Shown in pieces: positions 32,079 through 41,629 of a stretch of 64,000 nt of DNA (its first letter is position 1; every line of letters begins with the position of its first letter). The position numbers and the translations under genes are program-made. This DNA comes from Myxococcota bacterium (GTDB lineage: Bacteria; Myxococcota_A; Polyangia; Nannocystales; Nannocystaceae). The stretch lies in assembly GCA_039028615.1 (NCBI GenBank), contig JBCCHT010000001.1, forward strand, positions 694,084-758,083. The letters run 5' to 3'. Below the pieces are notes generated by a model. The model was not told the origin of the DNA, made no database searches, and was given only the letters and a program-made list of their open reading frames with translations.

Positions 32079-34445
32079 ATGGCCGCCGCACGGATTTCCG
32101 ACCGCCTCCTCGCCCTGCTCCCGGCCGCGCTGGCGGTCGGTCTGTCTGCGTGTGGGAGCTCGGGGTCACGACAAGAGCCCGAGCGGACCCAGGACCGCTC
32201 GAACGCCGAGGGCAGCAAAGATCCTCCCGAGATCGCGGGACCCCAAGTTCCGATCTACGTTCGCGGCGCGCCGCAGAGCCCAGAGGTCCTGCTCGAGCGA
32301 CTGAGCCCGCGCCTCGAGCTGGAGGTCATGCAGACCGAGACCACGGCCGGCGTGATGACCGTGACCGGACAGTGTCGCGATCAGCCCTGCCGCCTCAGCA
32401 TCTACGTGAACTCCGGGGCGGTGGACTTCAGCCTGATCGAAGAGCGCGAAGAGCCGGTGGTGCCCGACGGCGGACTGCCCGAGCTGCGGGAGTTCGAGCG
32501 GCCTCGCCTGCCACCGATCGGGGGCCGCCCCCTGCCGCGACCGGGGTCCGGCATTCCGCTCCCGCCCGCCCCCGATTCGCCACCATCTCCCACCCCAGAG
32601 CCCGACACCGAAGCGCTGTGGGCAGACGCGCAGGAGTTCATCGCCCTCGTCGCGCCGATGCCCGAACATGTCCGGTCGTCGGCCGAGACCCGAGGCGGCG
32701 ACCTGTTCATCTCCGTCGATCCGCAGTGGTCCGTCGGCGAGAACCTCGAGGCCATCGTCGTGGGCGCGGGCGCCCGGCTCCGCTATCGCGAGGGGCGGCT
32801 CGTCGGTGCGTGGGTCCTGCTGCCCACCGCCTCGCCCGCCGAGCGAATCTCGACGCCCCCGTGGGCTCGTGTCGAAGCCGAGGTCTCGGCCCTGGGCGCG
32901 ATCGCAGGGGACCCCGTGCTGGCCTACCGAAGCTCGCCGAGCGAAGGGCCCGGGCCCGCGTACCCCGGCCTCGTGGTGTTCACCGGGCCTCCCCCGGATT
33001 CCGAGCACGAGCACGAGCGGGTCGTCGCGGGTAGCCATCACCACGGCCGCACGCTGTTCTTGCAGATGTGTGTGACCGACGACCAGTGTGGCGGGAGCAC
33101 CTGCGACGACAACCTCTGCACGGGCATGACCACGCTGGCCGGCGACCTCGATCGGGGCGATGGCAACGACACGGGCGAAGACGACGGCGGTGACGACGAG
33201 GGTGGAGCCCCCGAGGAATCCGACGGCCCGCAGCTATTCGACGAGGACATCGACGTCGATGCGATCTGCGGCGAGCAGACCCCTCCCGACCGCCTCGCCT
33301 TCAGCTCCGGAGGAGGCTGGACCGGGGTCGCCCGCAACGTCAGTCGACTCGGCCTCGTCCTGGACGACGTCGAGCTGAGCAAGAACTCCTTTGCTGGTCG
33401 GGTCGAGTCCGTGCGGGGCTACACGCTGAAGACCAGCCGTGGTGAGTTTCAGTGCAACCTCGACCACGAGCTGTCGCAGCCGACCGGGCCCGCCACCGGC
33501 CTCGGCCCGCATCCCCGTGGCGATTGCTACTCCACCCTCACCAAGCCCGCGATTCGCCAGATCACCACGTCGGGCGGCGGCCCTCGGGCGGGCAAAGACC
33601 TGGCCATCGAGTCGGTCTACTGCGTCGACGGTTTCCCCGCCAAGGTCGATCGCGCGGTCGCGGAAGAGTGCCGAGCCAAGCTGATCATCGCCCAGCGCTA
33701 CATCTTCCAACCTCCGCAATCGGGTCAGACCGGCAACCTCGACATGGGCGACGCGGCGACGTGGAACCCGGCCATCGACTACGTGTGGATCGACCCCCCT
33801 GCGCACTGTCCCCAGGTGAAGTTCCAGGACATCACCTTCCGCACCAAGATCGACAACGATGTCCCCAGCCCCGACGTCGCGGGGTTCTTCAAGGATCCCG
33901 ACAACCGCTGGATGATCGTCGCCACCGTCCCCTCTCTCGAGAAGGAATCGAGCACCACGCTGGCCGTGCGCGGCAGCCCGGGCGCCCACGACAACGTCCA
34001 CCAAAAGGACGTCAAGCGCGTCACGGAGCTGGGTGGCGTGACCTCGGGATTCCTGCTCGCTCCGCCGACCTCCCACGGGGTCGTCATCGTCACCAAGCAG
34101 CAGCTGAAGATGGGTCTCGAGGCCGCCGCAGCGATCACCATCCCCGGCTGCTCGGGGGCCATGTCGGGGCAGTACAAGTGTGCCCACTACCACTGGCGCT
34201 GGGGTACGGCGCTGGGCAAGAAGTTTCCCAACGTGTTCGTACCGACCGGAGGCACGGCGGGCACCGTGCTCACGCCCGCCTCACAGACGGTGACCGGTCG
34301 CTTCACCAAGCCGGTCAGCGCCAAGGACCTGCCCATCGACAAATTCGACCCGATCAAGGGCTCGGACCTGCAGCTGTACCTGACCGTGACCTCGGACGCG
34401 GCCCAAGACCGCGTCCACTACCACGAGCATTTCTTCTTCCGCTGA
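32079..34445 (+). CDS. Large lipoprotein of unknown function
   Basis: LSAC lipobox; Pro-rich linkers; Cys motif CVTDDQC...C; C-terminal HDNVHQ and CAHYHWRWG. Confidence 0.75.
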   Translation: MAAARISDRLLALLPAALAVGLSACGSSGSRQEPERTQDRSNAEGSKDPPEIAGPQVPIYVRGAPQSPEVLLERLSPRLELEVMQTETTAGVMTVTGQCRDQPCRLSIYVNSGAVDFSLIEEREEPVVPDGGLPELREFERPRLPPIGGRPLPRPGSGIPLPPAPDSPPSPTPEPDTEALWADAQEFIALVAPMPEHVRSSAETRGGDLFISVDPQWSVGENLEAIVVGAGARLRYREGRLVGAWVLLPTASPAERISTPPWARVEAEVSALGAIAGDPVLAYRSSPSEGPGPAYPGLVVFTGPPPDSEHEHERVVAGSHHHGRTLFLQMCVTDDQCGGSTCDDNLCTGMTTLAGDLDRGDGNDTGEDDGGDDEGGAPEESDGPQLFDEDIDVDAICGEQTPPDRLAFSSGGGWTGVARNVSRLGLVLDDVELSKNSFAGRVESVRGYTLKTSRGEFQCNLDHELSQPTGPATGLGPHPRGDCYSTLTKPAIRQITTSGGGPRAGKDLAIESVYCVDGFPAKVDRAVAEECRAKLIIAQRYIFQPPQSGQTGNLDMGDAATWNPAIDYVWIDPPAHCPQVKFQDITFRTKIDNDVPSPDVAGFFKDPDNRWMIVATVPSLEKESSTTLAVRGSPGAHDNVHQKDVKRVTELGGVTSGFLLAPPTSHGVVIVTKQQLKMGLEAAAAITIPGCSGAMSGQYKCAHYHWRWGTALGKKFPNVFVPTGGTAGTVLTPASQTVTGRFTKPVSAKDLPIDKFDPIKGSDLQLYLTVTSDAAQDRVHYHEHFFFR

Positions 34446-34461
34446 TCCCGGGCGCACCCGG

Positions 34462-35358
34462 TCAGTCGAAGCGGGGCTCCCGGCCGAGCAGGTCCGGCAG
34501 CGCGACCCAGCCGGTCTTGCCGTCGAAGCACACCAGCAGCTCGTCGTCTTCGAGGTGGGCGCCGAGGTCGTCGTCGTCGATCACTTCGCTGAGCCGCAGG
34601 GCGCCGAAGATCTCGCCGCGGTCCTCTAGGAACCACTTCTTGCGGGTCCGCTGACGCCCGAGCAAACCGCGAAGGCGCTCGAGCTCCTGCAGGTACTCCT
34701 CGCGCTCCTCTGGATCCCAGATGCCGTTACGGTTGGCGTCCCAGTGCGTCAGCAAGCCGGCGTTGGCTTCGACCGCCTCGCGGCGCGCCGCCTCGGCCTC
34801 GACCGCGTCGCCGATGCGCCCCAGCTGCTCCGCTTCTTTGGTGAAGCCCTGCGCCCGCAGTCGCTCCTGGTGCTTGTGCAGCTCGGTGAGCAGGTGAGCC
34901 TCACGCCAGCGCGAGGGCATGAGATCGAGGCGCGCCAAGATCCACGGGGTGAACATGCCCGTGCCCGGCACGGGGAAGGCCGAGTTTGCGGCGGCGATGA
35001 GCCCCGCGGGGAAGACCTTGACCAGGTCGACCAGCTGCGCGCGCACCTTGTCGCGGTCCTCGGGCGACAGCGGGCCGCCTTGGATCCGCCCGAGCAACAA
35101 GCCCATGACCTCGCGGCTCTCTTGCAGCTCGCCCACGAAGTTGCCCCAGTGCCGCCCCGCGGCCGTCCGGACGCGACCGGTCACCCGCCGCACCAAGCCG
35201 GGCGGGCGCTCGAGCACCTCGAGCTCGATCTGGATTTCGTGCAGCTCGTGGATGTCGTAGCCCGCGACGCCGAGCTGCTTGGTGAGCGCCGCCAGGCGAA
35301 CGCCGACCTCGACCCGCTCATCGGGATCCGACGGAGGCGCTTCGGCGTCAGAAGCCAT
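34462..35358 (-). CDS. LETM1-like domain protein with EF-hand loop and GYF_2-like C-terminus
   Basis: ELQESREV...LSPEDRDKVRAQLVDLVK...LMPS (LETM1-like by resemblance); DANRNGIWDPEE; WFLEDRGEIFG...LVCFDGKTGW. Confidence 0.6.
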   Translation of the reverse strand: MASDAEAPPSDPDERVEVGVRLAALTKQLGVAGYDIHELHEIQIELEVLERPPGLVRRVTGRVRTAAGRHWGNFVGELQESREVMGLLLGRIQGGPLSPEDRDKVRAQLVDLVKVFPAGLIAAANSAFPVPGTGMFTPWILARLDLMPSRWREAHLLTELHKHQERLRAQGFTKEAEQLGRIGDAVEAEAARREAVEANAGLLTHWDANRNGIWDPEEREEYLQELERLRGLLGRQRTRKKWFLEDRGEIFGALRLSEVIDDDDLGAHLEDDELLVCFDGKTGWVALPDLLGREPRFD

Positions 35359-35455
35359 CGAGCCTCACGATAGCAGCTCCTCGACAGGCCTTCCGGCAGG
35401 TCACCGGTCGGTGCCGCGATGGGGCACATCGCGACACCGCTCGTGGTCAATCGAG

Positions 35456-35815
35456 TCAGACTGGGCCAACGGCGTGGCTCGAGGTCAGCGTATGTGGGAC
35501 GCCAGCCTGATCGGTCACCCGGAACGAGCTGTGGATCCGCCCCGACTCGATGGGGGCTGGGCCAAAGCCGCGAGCGGCCAGCGTCTCGTGCACCTGGGGC
35601 AAGCCGTCGACCATCAAGTCGAAGCCGGGTGCGTCGGCCGACCCTTCGCGTACGACGAGGTGGGTGCCGCCTCGGACCTCGACGATGGCGAGGCTGCCCG
35701 AGCGGTGCACCACCCGAGCCCCCAGGGCGTCGAGGAACGCGAGCGTCGAGTCCACGTCGGGCGTGGACAGCTTGAGATGACCAATGGCGACGGAGGGACG
35801 AAGATCTCGGTTCAT
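35456..35815 (-). CDS. VOC/glyoxalase family protein
   Basis: IGHLKLSTPDV...AFLDALG, ELRGG-like EVRGGTHL, HSSFRVTDQAG. Confidence 0.75.
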   Translation of the reverse strand: MNRDLRPSVAIGHLKLSTPDVDSTLAFLDALGARVVHRSGSLAIVEVRGGTHLVVREGSADAPGFDLMVDGLPQVHETLAARGFGPAPIESGRIHSSFRVTDQAGVPHTLTSSHAVGPV

Positions 35816-35973
35816 GGCTTGGAGAACTACGTCACCGTCTCGGCCGGCGTTACGGTCCGGCCAACGCCACCCCCGTCGGCCCCGATGAGCCCGTCGTGCG
35901 TCATCAGCGTACGTCGGTCCCCTGGGGGCTCATCGTGGCTACGTCGCCGTTTTCGGCGTCGGCTCTTCCCGCC

Positions 35974-37296
<1,323 letters not shown>

Positions 37297-37352
37297 CGAC
37301 GGCCACCGATTCGCGCCCGATTCGTCCCTCCAGGCGGTATTGTGGGCATGCG

Positions 37353-38111
37353 ATGAGCGACGCCCTCTTCGATGACGATGTCCAGCTCCTGCCCGCCGAC
37401 TGGGACGTCCCGCCGAGCATTCGTGGCCGGCTGGGCCACAGCATCGGCCGACAGCGAGCCATGTTCGAGGGCGGGCACCTACTGCTGGTCACGCACCGCG
37501 TCCCCGACCCCGAAGATCACGAGCGCCGCGGCTGCCTCGCCTGGCGTGACCTCACGGGTCGCTGGCGCAGCACGGACGGCCGTGAAGGGCGCCTGGCCCT
37601 GCGCGAGACCATCGACGAATACCAGACCACCCTCGCCGGCCTCGACGATCGCCTCGAACGCCAGCTGGCCATTCACGACCACTTCGAGGTCCTCGAGCAC
37701 CTCGCTCCGATCACCCGGGCGGCGCGGCACCTGCACGCCACGCTCCAGCAGGGTCGCGAGGCGTGCCGCGACGACCGAGCCCTCATCGACCTGCGCGACC
37801 AGGCCTACGCGATGGAGCGCCGCGCGGAGCTGCTCACCGTCGACGCCCGCTTCTCCCTCGACCGCGCCCTGGCCCGCAGCTCCCACGAGCACACGGTGGC
37901 CAGTCGGCAGGGGGCCGAAGCGACCGATCGCCTCAATCGCATGGCGGCGACCTTCCTTCCCATCGGAACGGTCGCCGCCCTGCTGGGGATGAACATCCCC
38001 TCGGGGCTCGAGGGCCTCCCCGCCCCCTGGCCCTTCGTGTTGGTCGTGGTGGTGGGCCTGCTCATCGGCATGGCCCTGAGCTGGACCATCCACCGACCGA
38101 CCTCGAGCTGA
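37353..38111 (+). CDS. CorA-family divalent cation transporter-like protein (short)
   Basis: Coiled cytoplasmic region, then FLPIGTVAALLGMN (GMN signature) and a second TM helix. Confidence 0.75.
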   Translation: MSDALFDDDVQLLPADWDVPPSIRGRLGHSIGRQRAMFEGGHLLLVTHRVPDPEDHERRGCLAWRDLTGRWRSTDGREGRLALRETIDEYQTTLAGLDDRLERQLAIHDHFEVLEHLAPITRAARHLHATLQQGREACRDDRALIDLRDQAYAMERRAELLTVDARFSLDRALARSSHEHTVASRQGAEATDRLNRMAATFLPIGTVAALLGMNIPSGLEGLPAPWPFVLVVVVGLLIGMALSWTIHRPTSS

Positions 38112-38120
38112 TCCTCGAGC

Positions 38121-38279
38121 CTACGAATCGGCCGGCGCCGCTTCGGCCGACTCGACGTGGCACTTGCAGGCGGGCTTGCCGTTTTGAGCCGGCAGCGCCA
38201 TCGCGGTGCGCTTCTTGCCGAGCGCGATTCCACCCCGCACCTGCTTGAGATCCGAGAGCGTCAATTGCTTGGTCTTCAT
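38121..38279 (-). CDS. RiPP precursor peptide A3 (52 aa, double-glycine leader, CKCH core)
   Basis: MKTKQLTLSDLKQVRGG|IALGKKRTAMALPAQNGKPACKCHVESAEAAPADS; AAGGAG RBS upstream of ATG 38279. Confidence 0.85.
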   Translation of the reverse strand: MKTKQLTLSDLKQVRGGIALGKKRTAMALPAQNGKPACKCHVESAEAAPADS

Positions 38280-38305
38280 CTTCTCGTACTCCTTCGAATA
38301 TAGAA

Positions 38306-38337
38306 GCGGGAGACAGCCCATACGTGCTGCCTCCCGC
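38306..38337 (-). terminator. Stem-loop between precursors A2 and A3
   Basis: mRNA GCGGGAGGCAGC-ACGUAUGG-GCUGUCUCCCGC, a 12-bp stem with one G-U pair, followed by UUCUAUAUU. Confidence 0.6.
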
Positions 38338-38357
38338 CATCACAGAGGGGGGGGGTC

Positions 38358-38540
38358 TCAGGCGGGGACGGCGGGGGCAGCCGCCGCGGCCGCGCCCTTG
38401 GCGACCTCGTCGTGGCACTTGCAGGTGGGCACGCCTTCGACGGGCTCGGTCTCCCAGGTCTCGGTCTTCTTCCACTTGCCGATGGCCGCGGCACCGCGGA
38501 CGTTCTTGAGATCGCTGAGGTTCAGTTCTTTCTTGTTCAT
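38358..38540 (-). CDS. RiPP precursor peptide A2 (60 aa, GA-type leader, CKCH core)
   Basis: MNKKELNLSDLKNVRGA|AAIGKWKKTETWETEPVEGVPTCKCHDEVAKGAAAAAAPAVPA; GAAGGA RBS. Confidence 0.87.
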   Translation of the reverse strand: MNKKELNLSDLKNVRGAAAIGKWKKTETWETEPVEGVPTCKCHDEVAKGAAAAAAPAVPA

Positions 38541-38575
38541 GATGATGGTCCTTCTATTCGGTGTTGGGTTGGCGA

Positions 38576-38740
38576 TTAGCCGACTTCGGCGGGAGCAGCA
38601 GCGGCGGGCGACTCGCTGGTGCAGTCGCAGACGCGCTTGACGGTGCCCGTTACGTTCTCGGAGGACTGCTTCTTCTTGCCAGCCACCGCCGCTCCACGAA
38701 CCTTACGGAGATCACCCAGGGTCAATTGCTTCTTGTTCAT
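38576..38740 (-). CDS. RiPP precursor peptide A1 (54 aa, GA-type leader, CDC core)
   Basis: MNKKQLTLGDLRKVRGA|AVAGKKKQSSENVTGTVKRVCDCTSESPAAAAPAEVG; hidden at the end of the 194-aa ORF in the track, true ATG at 38740. Confidence 0.85.
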   Translation of the reverse strand: MNKKQLTLGDLRKVRGAAVAGKKKQSSENVTGTVKRVCDCTSESPAAAAPAEVG

Positions 38741-38771
38741 TTCGTCGTACCTGTTGGATCGAAGTTGTCTA

Positions 38772-40283
38772 TCAACCGTGTCTAAGCCAATGAAAATCGG
38801 GGCGAGCCTGCTCGTGCTCGCGTAGTGCCCGGGCCGCCGCACGCACTCGCGTCCGCGCGGGGGCCAGTCGGGCCATGAGTTCCTCGCTGCTCGTCGCATC
38901 GTCGAGTTCACGCAGCGCATCGTTGAAACAGTCGCGGGCCCGCAGCACCACCGGATCGGTGGGAGGCCCCGAGGAACCGGCGGGATAGAGCGCCCGGGCC
39001 TCGACACCGGGCTCCGGCCGGGCCATCTCGTAGACTCGGCACGGCCGCCCGCCGTCGTCGATATGAGCCGCGGGTGCGTCGTCGAGGTACTCGGCCGAGA
39101 TTCCCCGTGCAGTGCGGCGCAGCATCGCCTCGTCGCCGCCGAAGCGACTCCACATGGCAAAGAGTCGCTCGGCGACGTCGTCTCGCTCTCCCCGCGTCAG
39201 CGGTGCTCGCTCGCAGATCCTCGCCATGCCCCGGGCCACCGCCCGCAAGAACTCGCGCAGGCCGTCGCCGCGACGCCAGTCGTCACCCGCGGCGGCGAGC
39301 ACCCGCATCACCTCGATCATCGAGGCCTGCGCCTGCCGGACGAAGAACGCCAGCTCCTCGCCGGGGACCACCCCGAGGTTGGCGATTCGATCGGGCGCCT
39401 GCTCCCCCACCCCGCAGTACCGAATTCCGCAGGGGTGCCCCTGTCCCAGCACCGAAGCCAGCTCGAGGTCGAGGAAGCGGCCGTCGAGGGTGAAGTTGTT
39501 GTTGAAGGAGTGCCAGTAGATGCCCAGCTCGTACAGGCGCTGGAAGTTGTCGAGCCCGCGCCCGATCGCGGCCTCGATCGCCTCGCAGATCGCCGTGGGC
39601 GTAATGCCCTCGTCGCCCGCCTCTCCGCCCAGGCCGCGGTAGAGCAGCTCCAGCGGTTCGATCAGGTCGCCGTGTCCGACGTCCGTCTGCAAGCACTCGT
39701 GGATGAGGTTCGACCAGCGCAAGAACCCCGCCGGCTTGACCGAGATGGCCTGCACGACTCGATCGACGGGCGCCAGCCGGATGTTCTCCTCGCTCGTGTA
39801 GCTCCGCCACGCATCGCCGAACTCGGGGTCCATGTCGCGAGTCAAGATCGCGACGCAGGGCACGATGGTGTGCCCGGCCCCGACCGCTGCCAGGTAGTCG
39901 CTGACCAGCAGCTCCCGAACGGCTCCTGTCGCGGCCAAGTGACCCGTGCCATGCATGATCGAGCGCCGCACGTTCCAGTTCCAGGCGAACTGGGTGCGCC
40001 CCACCCCCTTGAGGTAGTGCCCCTCGAAGAACAGGGCGCGACCACTCCCCGGGCACCGCGAGGACGGGGCATGGGGCGCCCGCTGAGCGTCAGCCCAGCC
40101 CAGGTTCGGATCACGAAGGTCCCCCTTGCCCGCGGCGGCAAAGACCGGAATGCGGGACAGGTCCACTTGCCGGGCAAAGCGTTGGTACTTCGGCTCGGTC
40201 GCGACGAAGTCCGCCTCGCGAGTGGGCACACCGACCAGCCACGGAGCTCCGCCCGTGGAGTTCACATTCGAAAGTCGTTCCAT
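38772..40283 (-). CDS. SelO/YdiU-superfamily (MchC-like) pseudokinase-fold enzyme, putative peptide maturase
   Basis: GSGRA, YLKGVGRT, HGTG, AVRELLVSDYL, NNNFTLDGRFLD; these parallel the SelO motifs GDGR, LKGAG.T, RE...SE and N.DN...G.T.D. Confidence 0.7.
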   Translation of the reverse strand: MERLSNVNSTGGAPWLVGVPTREADFVATEPKYQRFARQVDLSRIPVFAAAGKGDLRDPNLGWADAQRAPHAPSSRCPGSGRALFFEGHYLKGVGRTQFAWNWNVRRSIMHGTGHLAATGAVRELLVSDYLAAVGAGHTIVPCVAILTRDMDPEFGDAWRSYTSEENIRLAPVDRVVQAISVKPAGFLRWSNLIHECLQTDVGHGDLIEPLELLYRGLGGEAGDEGITPTAICEAIEAAIGRGLDNFQRLYELGIYWHSFNNNFTLDGRFLDLELASVLGQGHPCGIRYCGVGEQAPDRIANLGVVPGEELAFFVRQAQASMIEVMRVLAAAGDDWRRGDGLREFLRAVARGMARICERAPLTRGERDDVAERLFAMWSRFGGDEAMLRRTARGISAEYLDDAPAAHIDDGGRPCRVYEMARPEPGVEARALYPAGSSGPPTDPVVLRARDCFNDALRELDDATSSEELMARLAPARTRVRAAARALREHEQARPDFHWLRHG

Positions 40284-40293
40284 TGTCGTTGGC

Positions 40294-41478
40294 CTATCCC
40301 AGCAAGAACAGTTCCTTTGGCCCCTGGACGGCGTGCTCGTGGTCGACCGCCGGCAAGTTCCGCGCGGCCCATAGCGCCAGTGAAGGGTCGCCGCGTCGCA
40401 CCACCTCGGTCATCGCCGCGCGGCCCAAGTCGTCCTCTGGACACGCTCGATGACGCAGCAGCTGCTCGATCAAGTGGGGCACCGAGGCTCGCTCGTACGT
40501 GCCTTCGTCGAGGACTTGCTCGAGCCGGTCCGGCCCCAGCGCCAGCGCGTTGTCGTAGCGAAAGTCGAGCGCAGCCTGCGGAGCGCCGATCCAAGCGTCC
40601 GGTCGCACCATCGATACGCGCGGGCGATGATCGCCTTCGACCACCAGGCTCCATAGCCGACGGCCCAGCTCCGCGACCACCTCGTCGAAGCGCTCCGGGG
40701 CCTCGACCGGGCCCGCCAGCTGCGCCTGCGCGGCCGCGGGCAGGCCCGCCAGGTGTCGAAGCCACTGCCGCGTATAGATGCGCTGCTTCTCGCCGTAGGT
40801 GACCTCGTGGCGGAGCCACTTGAGGGTCGCGGGGCTGCGCCGAACATCTGCCAGCGAGAACCCCGAGAATGCACCCTGACAGTAAAAAGCCGCGATTTCG
40901 GCCAAGAACCCCGGGCTCATCACCTCGAGGTCCGGCCGAAACCGAATGTACTCGTCCGCGTTCGATGACTCATATGCCACCGTCAACGTCGTGAATAGAC
41001 TGCCGACATCGAGTCGGTCACGGAAACTACGCTGCGACAGGAACCAATAATCCAGTCCCACCGTCGCCACCGCTTCGGTCGCGAGCATCCACGCGACGTC
41101 GGCTTCGAGGCTGCATTCCGTGATCGACCCCGAACCAGATAGGATGGTCGAATCGATATCCCGAAGCTCGTGAAGAGCCCAGATGTGTAGATAGTCGTGA
41201 GCCACGAACGCAGCCTCGGTCGCGAGGTCGTCGTTCTCGTTGTGCTCACGCACTTCGGCTCCAGGACGGCGACAATAGCCGTCTAGAGCCGAATTCGCGG
41301 CCATATAGATTTCGGAGCGAAACGGATTCCACCCCGAAGAACAGCGCGCCGCGATCTTGCGGTAGCGCCATTGATGATCGACTTCGAGCGTGACCATCTC
41401 GACGCGTTCGTCGAGCACCGCTGCTTGCAGCAGTGGAATCGCTCCCCCCAATTGACCAAACTCTACGAGTGCCGACAT
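40294..41478 (-). CDS. Unknown putative metalloenzyme with HDxxH...E motif, putative peptide maturase
   Basis: AFVAHDYLHIW at 41185-41199 and ATEAVA about 37 residues later; stop lies 10 nt before the start of the SelO-like gene; start trimmed to ATG 41478. Confidence 0.65.
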   Translation of the reverse strand: MSALVEFGQLGGAIPLLQAAVLDERVEMVTLEVDHQWRYRKIAARCSSGWNPFRSEIYMAANSALDGYCRRPGAEVREHNENDDLATEAAFVAHDYLHIWALHELRDIDSTILSGSGSITECSLEADVAWMLATEAVATVGLDYWFLSQRSFRDRLDVGSLFTTLTVAYESSNADEYIRFRPDLEVMSPGFLAEIAAFYCQGAFSGFSLADVRRSPATLKWLRHEVTYGEKQRIYTRQWLRHLAGLPAAAQAQLAGPVEAPERFDEVVAELGRRLWSLVVEGDHRPRVSMVRPDAWIGAPQAALDFRYDNALALGPDRLEQVLDEGTYERASVPHLIEQLLRHRACPEDDLGRAAMTEVVRRGDPSLALWAARNLPAVDHEHAVQGPKELFLLG

Positions 41479-41629
41479 CGGTGGTTGTCCCCCGTCGTGT
41501 CGCTCCCCAGGCGACCTCGATTCGATAGCCAGTCGAAGCGCCGATCGGATCACGAAAAACTTCGAGAAAAATTTTCTGCTCGATCGAGCACCACAGCTGT
41601 CGTCCATCTGCTAGGTTCCGCGAATCGAT
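41479..41629. promoter_or_regulatory. Divergent promoter region of the peptide cluster
   Basis: Head-to-head intergenic region with A/T tracts gaaaaacttcgagaaaaattttc. Confidence 0.5.

Noticed and set aside
38347..38355. G9 homopolymer as a phase-variation switch
   Set aside because: It is intergenic, after a stop codon, so slippage would not shift a reading frame; kept only as part of the hairpin observation.
38576..39160. 194-aa ORF in the track
   Set aside because: Its first 140 codons overlap the SelO-like gene in another frame or the spacer; only the last 54 aa from ATG 38740 match the precursor family.
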